From the NCBI GenBank assembly GCA_030141605.1, contig JAQGDQ010000397.1, positions 1-64,000 on the forward strand: a stretch of DNA of 64,000 bases. The letters run 5' to 3'. Positions 59,356 to 64,000 of this stretch are shown in pieces (position 1 is the stretch's first letter; each line of letters begins with the position of its first letter). This stretch comes from Tubiluchus corallicola (Eukaryota; Animalia; Priapulida). A model generated the notes under the pieces. The model was given only the letters and a program-made list of their open reading frames with translations. It was not told the origin of the DNA and made no database searches. Position numbers and translations under genes: made by a program.

Positions 59356-62300
59356 TGTAACTAGTCAAGGAAATCCAAAATCATGATATACTACAGATTG
59401 CAATAATATATCTGGTGAATAAATTGCAGGTTTAGATGGGAAGTGACTTTGACAGGGTATAGCATGGCAATAGAAAATACAGTTGACCCAATATTGACAT
59501 ACAATAGCATTTTTTATAAAGCATAATAGAATTTGGTGCTTTCTTTCAACAAGGTTAGTCAGCCACTTCGATGTGGTGGTGTGGTGTGGTTTGTCGTTGT
59601 GGTTTTTTTGTCATGTTCAAATGTTTGCCAGTGATTTATAATGTCTTATAATTCATTTTTGTTGTTTCTGGATTCATTATATATATTCATAGATCTTTCA
59701 TCGCATCCTCTCATTGATTTTTTTATCCAATTGGGCCTAGCAGGGGAAAGATCTTTTTGCAAAAAATTGGACATTCTTCAATTAGTAATATAGCGAAAAC
59801 TGTACAGGTGACTAAAGCTAGAAGCTAATGAAGATAAAATTTTACAGGATCAACAATGTGGATGTCTTAGAATAAAACTGTGAAAATCGTCAGGCTATTA
59901 TGAAAATTTTCACAAGACTTGAGAAACCAAGCATAGATAATATAGTACAATAGTGAAAAGCCACTTTTTAACCTTAGTGCCCTCATATATCTATGCCAAC
60001 TTGCCACAGAACTTGGTTTACCTCACTTGTTCGTTATTCTAATATCAAAACCTCTTAGTCGGCTAAAGACTAATTGCCGAGCTATGAACGATTATGCTTT
60101 GCACATTTAACGTTTATCATTGAATACCAATAAAGCAATTCTGAATACTTGCAAATCATTTTTTAATAAACACAAAGTCTTTTTAATATAAATATTTATA
60201 TTTTTCGTTTTTCAATATTCGTATGTCAGATGTTCATTTATACTAAAATTTGAATTACGATTTACTAATTTTATGTTATGTCGTTTTATACCATGTCATC
60301 ATCATTGTATGATGTTTGTGTAGCTTTTGTGACTCTATAATGTAACAGAGCAACTAATCATGTTTAATCTTATTTCTTTCTTGGCAGTTTACATTTTTCC
60401 CATGCAAAGTAATCCACAAGTTTACAGATTAAACATTTCACTTCACGACTGAATCAGGTGAATTACTAAATCTGATTTCTTTCCGTACTTTCCCTATTCT
60501 TTCTGAGCAGTACCTGCCATGCTCAATACCAGTACTTTCAACACGGTTTTGTGTTCTTTCCTCTTAATTCAAATTGTTCCAGGGGTAGAACCGTGCTGTA
60601 CCAAAATTATGTAGCAAAAATGTACCTAAGCAAAGAATAAATTCTAGTTTTGACTCAAAAACTAGGATAGTTTTGATCCAATGATTCCTATGCCTTCTCG
60701 TACTTGTCTTAGAGACGAAGTACTTGTCTAGTGATGAAGTTTCTACTGCGTGATTCATTGCTTTAAATTTCTCGTGGGACAACTCTTATTCTTTGATGCT
60801 TTTAACTGAAGTTAAAAGAATTCAAAATTAATGATACACCGAGTAATTTGAAATGGTAATTGACATTAATTGGCATAATGGAACTTGTCAAATCAATTAA
60901 GGTTGTCCTATACCAAATAGCTTAGGCGTTTTTCAGCAGTTCCGTCTCTGAGCACTGGCAATAAAGCTTTGTTATCAAAGCACAGGTGTGTTCTATTATT
61001 TTTGTTGGAAGTTTATGCTTGGAATAATATAGCACCCTGGGAGACACGCAGTAAGATGTTTTGTTAAGATTGAAAGGAATCTCTTTTCAGATTTGAAAGC
61101 TTTTAAAAGTGTTTGTATAGCAAACATTTGGCTAGAAGCTTTTCAAAGTGTTTGTATAGCAAATATTGGGCTAAAAGCTTTTCTTGTGATAATAAAGGGC
61201 GAGACTGCGTAATAATAATTGCTGTTTGGATAAAATGGAGAAAACTTTAAGTGCTCAGGAACGTGAACAAAGGACAATTTACATTCTGTTTTATTCAAGT
61301 TCTGTTATTGATTTTGAGCAGGGTTAAAGTGGCTCTAAAGAAAAGAATAATATTTTCCTACATTTTAGCATCTTGTGTAAACTAACCCCACCCGAACACC
61401 TGGGAATGACGCCAGGGAAAGAGTTAAGTAAGAAAAATTGAATGAACCGAATGCCCTATCACTGAGAAAGATTTTGGGAAATTTTTGATTTTTCCAGTGA
61501 AAAATTAAATTTTGTCAAATCTGCTGATACTGTTGCATATGAAACTGTGTTAATCAGATATTATTGAAAATGCTGGGGGTGGGGGTTTGTAAATTATTTC
61601 AACGTCATTTCAAATTCTATCTGCCATTGTTTTAAAAGGATTAATAGTTTCCTGTAAACTTACAGTGAACAAAACTATTTTTACATGTTATTAAGTTCAT
61701 GGGCAAATCAGCCACCCAAGAACTGCTACCCCTATGAAAAGAAAGAGCTTTCAAATTCGAGGCCCATAAATATTCGTCTTTGAACTTGTTTTGTTTTTGA
61801 AGGGATGTGAAACATTTCTGAAATTTACTTAAGAATATCTTGTGTCAATAAATCAGGAGCCTAAGAAAGATGCCACCGAAAGAGTAAAGAAAATGAACCA
61901 GAACAATTACACCCTTAAACTTCAAAGACTGCATTCCACACCTGGGAAAGATTTATGAAAACATAGCAGAGTATTTACATACTTGAATTTCAAAGTTTGA
62001 ATTCCGCTCCTAGGAAAGAAGAGCAAACACAGACGAGGTTAATAGTAATGTACGACGTTCCTCTAAATTTACACGAACTTTCCTCCAAAGAAGTGAAGAA
62101 AAATAGCCACTTCTGATCATTGCATTTGATTATTGATTAAAAACTACATTCTTTTGAATGTAATTAATTCTCGATCACTAATTTAGCGATACGCAATGCA
62201 TTGATGCTTTTACATTCAGCTCTGTTGAGGAAAATCTATTTCTTTGTTTTTGTTATTTCCATCGTAAATCGTGTTTATAATAGTATAGCAGCTTGGAAAA

Positions 62301-64000
62301 TTATGATCACAACTAAAATTAAGTTTCAGTTTTTGCCTTTTAAAGCTGTTTAAAGAATTTGTTCAGCAAGCATGTGGGTAAAAACCAGCCTCTTTTGCTA
62401 TGATAATAAAGGAGAGACTGTGTAATAATAACAGCTGAGGTGAGGAATTTTAAGCGCTCTACCACTTGAGCAAACTTGACTCGACATGAAAGAGTAATTT
62501 TCTAAAGTGAATTGTTTGAAGAAGACAAAAATATCCCTGTAATATCAAACTGAGCCACCAAAGCTGGTATTATTAAAACTCAATGAAAATAGATCATTTT
62601 TGTCTGCTCTGCGCTAAGAATACTCCAGATTTTGTGTTGAATTTTATTGCTTACTTTGAATTTGACATCGTCTTTTACTATCTGGAGAACATCGCCACAG
62701 TTTCAGGTCTCTTTGATGAGATGTTTTAAATTTGTAAAAATAAATTTTAAGAAATTGTTGCATACACTTGTGTAAAAATCAATGATAGGATTATCACAAC
62801 TATTTGTAAAATTGATCAGATAACTCCAGTTCTCATGCCAAATTTTTGCCTATATCTTTTCCTAATAGTTGAAATAATGGATAATCGGCGAAATAATTCA
62901 CAATTCACGAAATAACTGTTGATAATATGAGCCTTCCTATTCTAAGTCTAACTGGGGCCCTTAATGCTTGCTGTCCCGGGGCCTTTTTTGCAAACATTTT
63001 CATAGTGACATTGGCAGTTTCTCTGTAATATAGGCGAGCCTTTTAGCGTGAGCATTAAATAAAAATACAGGTGTTAAATTTACCCATAAAAACTAGCATA
63101 TCTTTGCTTAGCATAAACCTTTGCAGTTATTTTCAATGCTTTTATAAACGCTCGAAAATCGTCCTATATGTCAGGAATTTTCCGTTCAGTATTCCAGACT
63201 GCAAGTAGCAGTATTAAAGAAATTTGACTACAAGCCATCATTACTATTATAAGAAATCATAAGCAATAAATTAGCGTTTTTGATAAATATAAAAATATCA
63301 AATCTCTGGCAAAGGAGAATTAGAAAATGTCAGAAGTTGCAGATGTGTTAATACCGTTTAGAACAATTTAGCTAAAATGACCTTCTCATGGGAATGTTTA
63401 AAGTAGCTATAATTTTCAATATTTTGCATGGGAAACGTAGTCCTACTCCAAATTATTGGTGATTATTATGTGCCTTTCCTAACTGCAGCAAAGTATTTAC
63501 CTTAACTACCTGGGAGTTCCAGGTTGGCAGCTTAACTAAACAAAAAAGCTTCTACATTCTATAGAAATTCTTGTCTGTATTTGCTTTCCATCTCTTCTTA
63601 ACACTTTCACGGGGAGTTTCAGGTTATCAGCTTAATTAAACAAAAAAGCTTCTTCCGTCTATTGATAATATTGTCTGTCTTTTAACTCATTCTTTCCAGT
63701 ATTTAAACAGGGCGCAACTAGTTTACTTAAGATTTCTCAAATATGTGAAAACATTTTCCTGAGTTTAAAACAAAGAAGTAAAACTATTTATAAGGCATAA
63801 TAGAATTTAGTGCTTTTTCAATAAGATTAGTCACCCACTTATAATATTTTAAGACTATAATTTTTGTCCAAATGTTCACTGTTTAGTAGTGTTCATTATC
63901 CATTATCCATTTTCAAGAATAGGTGTTTTAGCTGTGTTCTCACTATCCAGCAAAATCTAGTTAACATAAGGGATGAGTTTTTTGCCAGTCACCAAACAAT

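Noticed and set aside
60564-60782. 72-aa minus-strand ORF, possibly a LINE 3' end
   Set aside because: Similarity is too weak to call.

Overview
AT-rich, repeat-dense eukaryotic nuclear DNA, most plausibly from an invertebrate animal: GT-AG splice signals, animal-type LINE, BEL/Pao, Gypsy, rosa/Tc1, hAT and Polinton relics, TTAGGG-like repeats, and no operons. The species cannot be identified from this window. Only three intact host genes are recognisable, and all three encode glycan-biosynthesis enzymes. They are a protein-O-mannose-kinase (POMK/SgK196)-like terminal exon (9868-10626, +), an intronless eukaryotic-type UDP-galactopyranose mutase (UGM/glf, 38845-40266, -), and an intronless, active-site-diverged GT8 glycosyltransferase of the GXYLT type (48569-49729, +). 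UGM and GT8 are head-to-head about 8 kb apart. Each protein keeps its catalytic core but differs at residues linked to substrate recognition. The leading hypothesis (inference) is a metazoan gene cluster making an unusual galactofuranose-containing and possibly phosphorylated glycan. The rest of the window is degraded transposons, a relic Polinton capsid gene, multi-kb internal duplications and satellites. All family assignments come from motif recognition by eye and from memory, not from database searches. Repeat coordinates are approximate.
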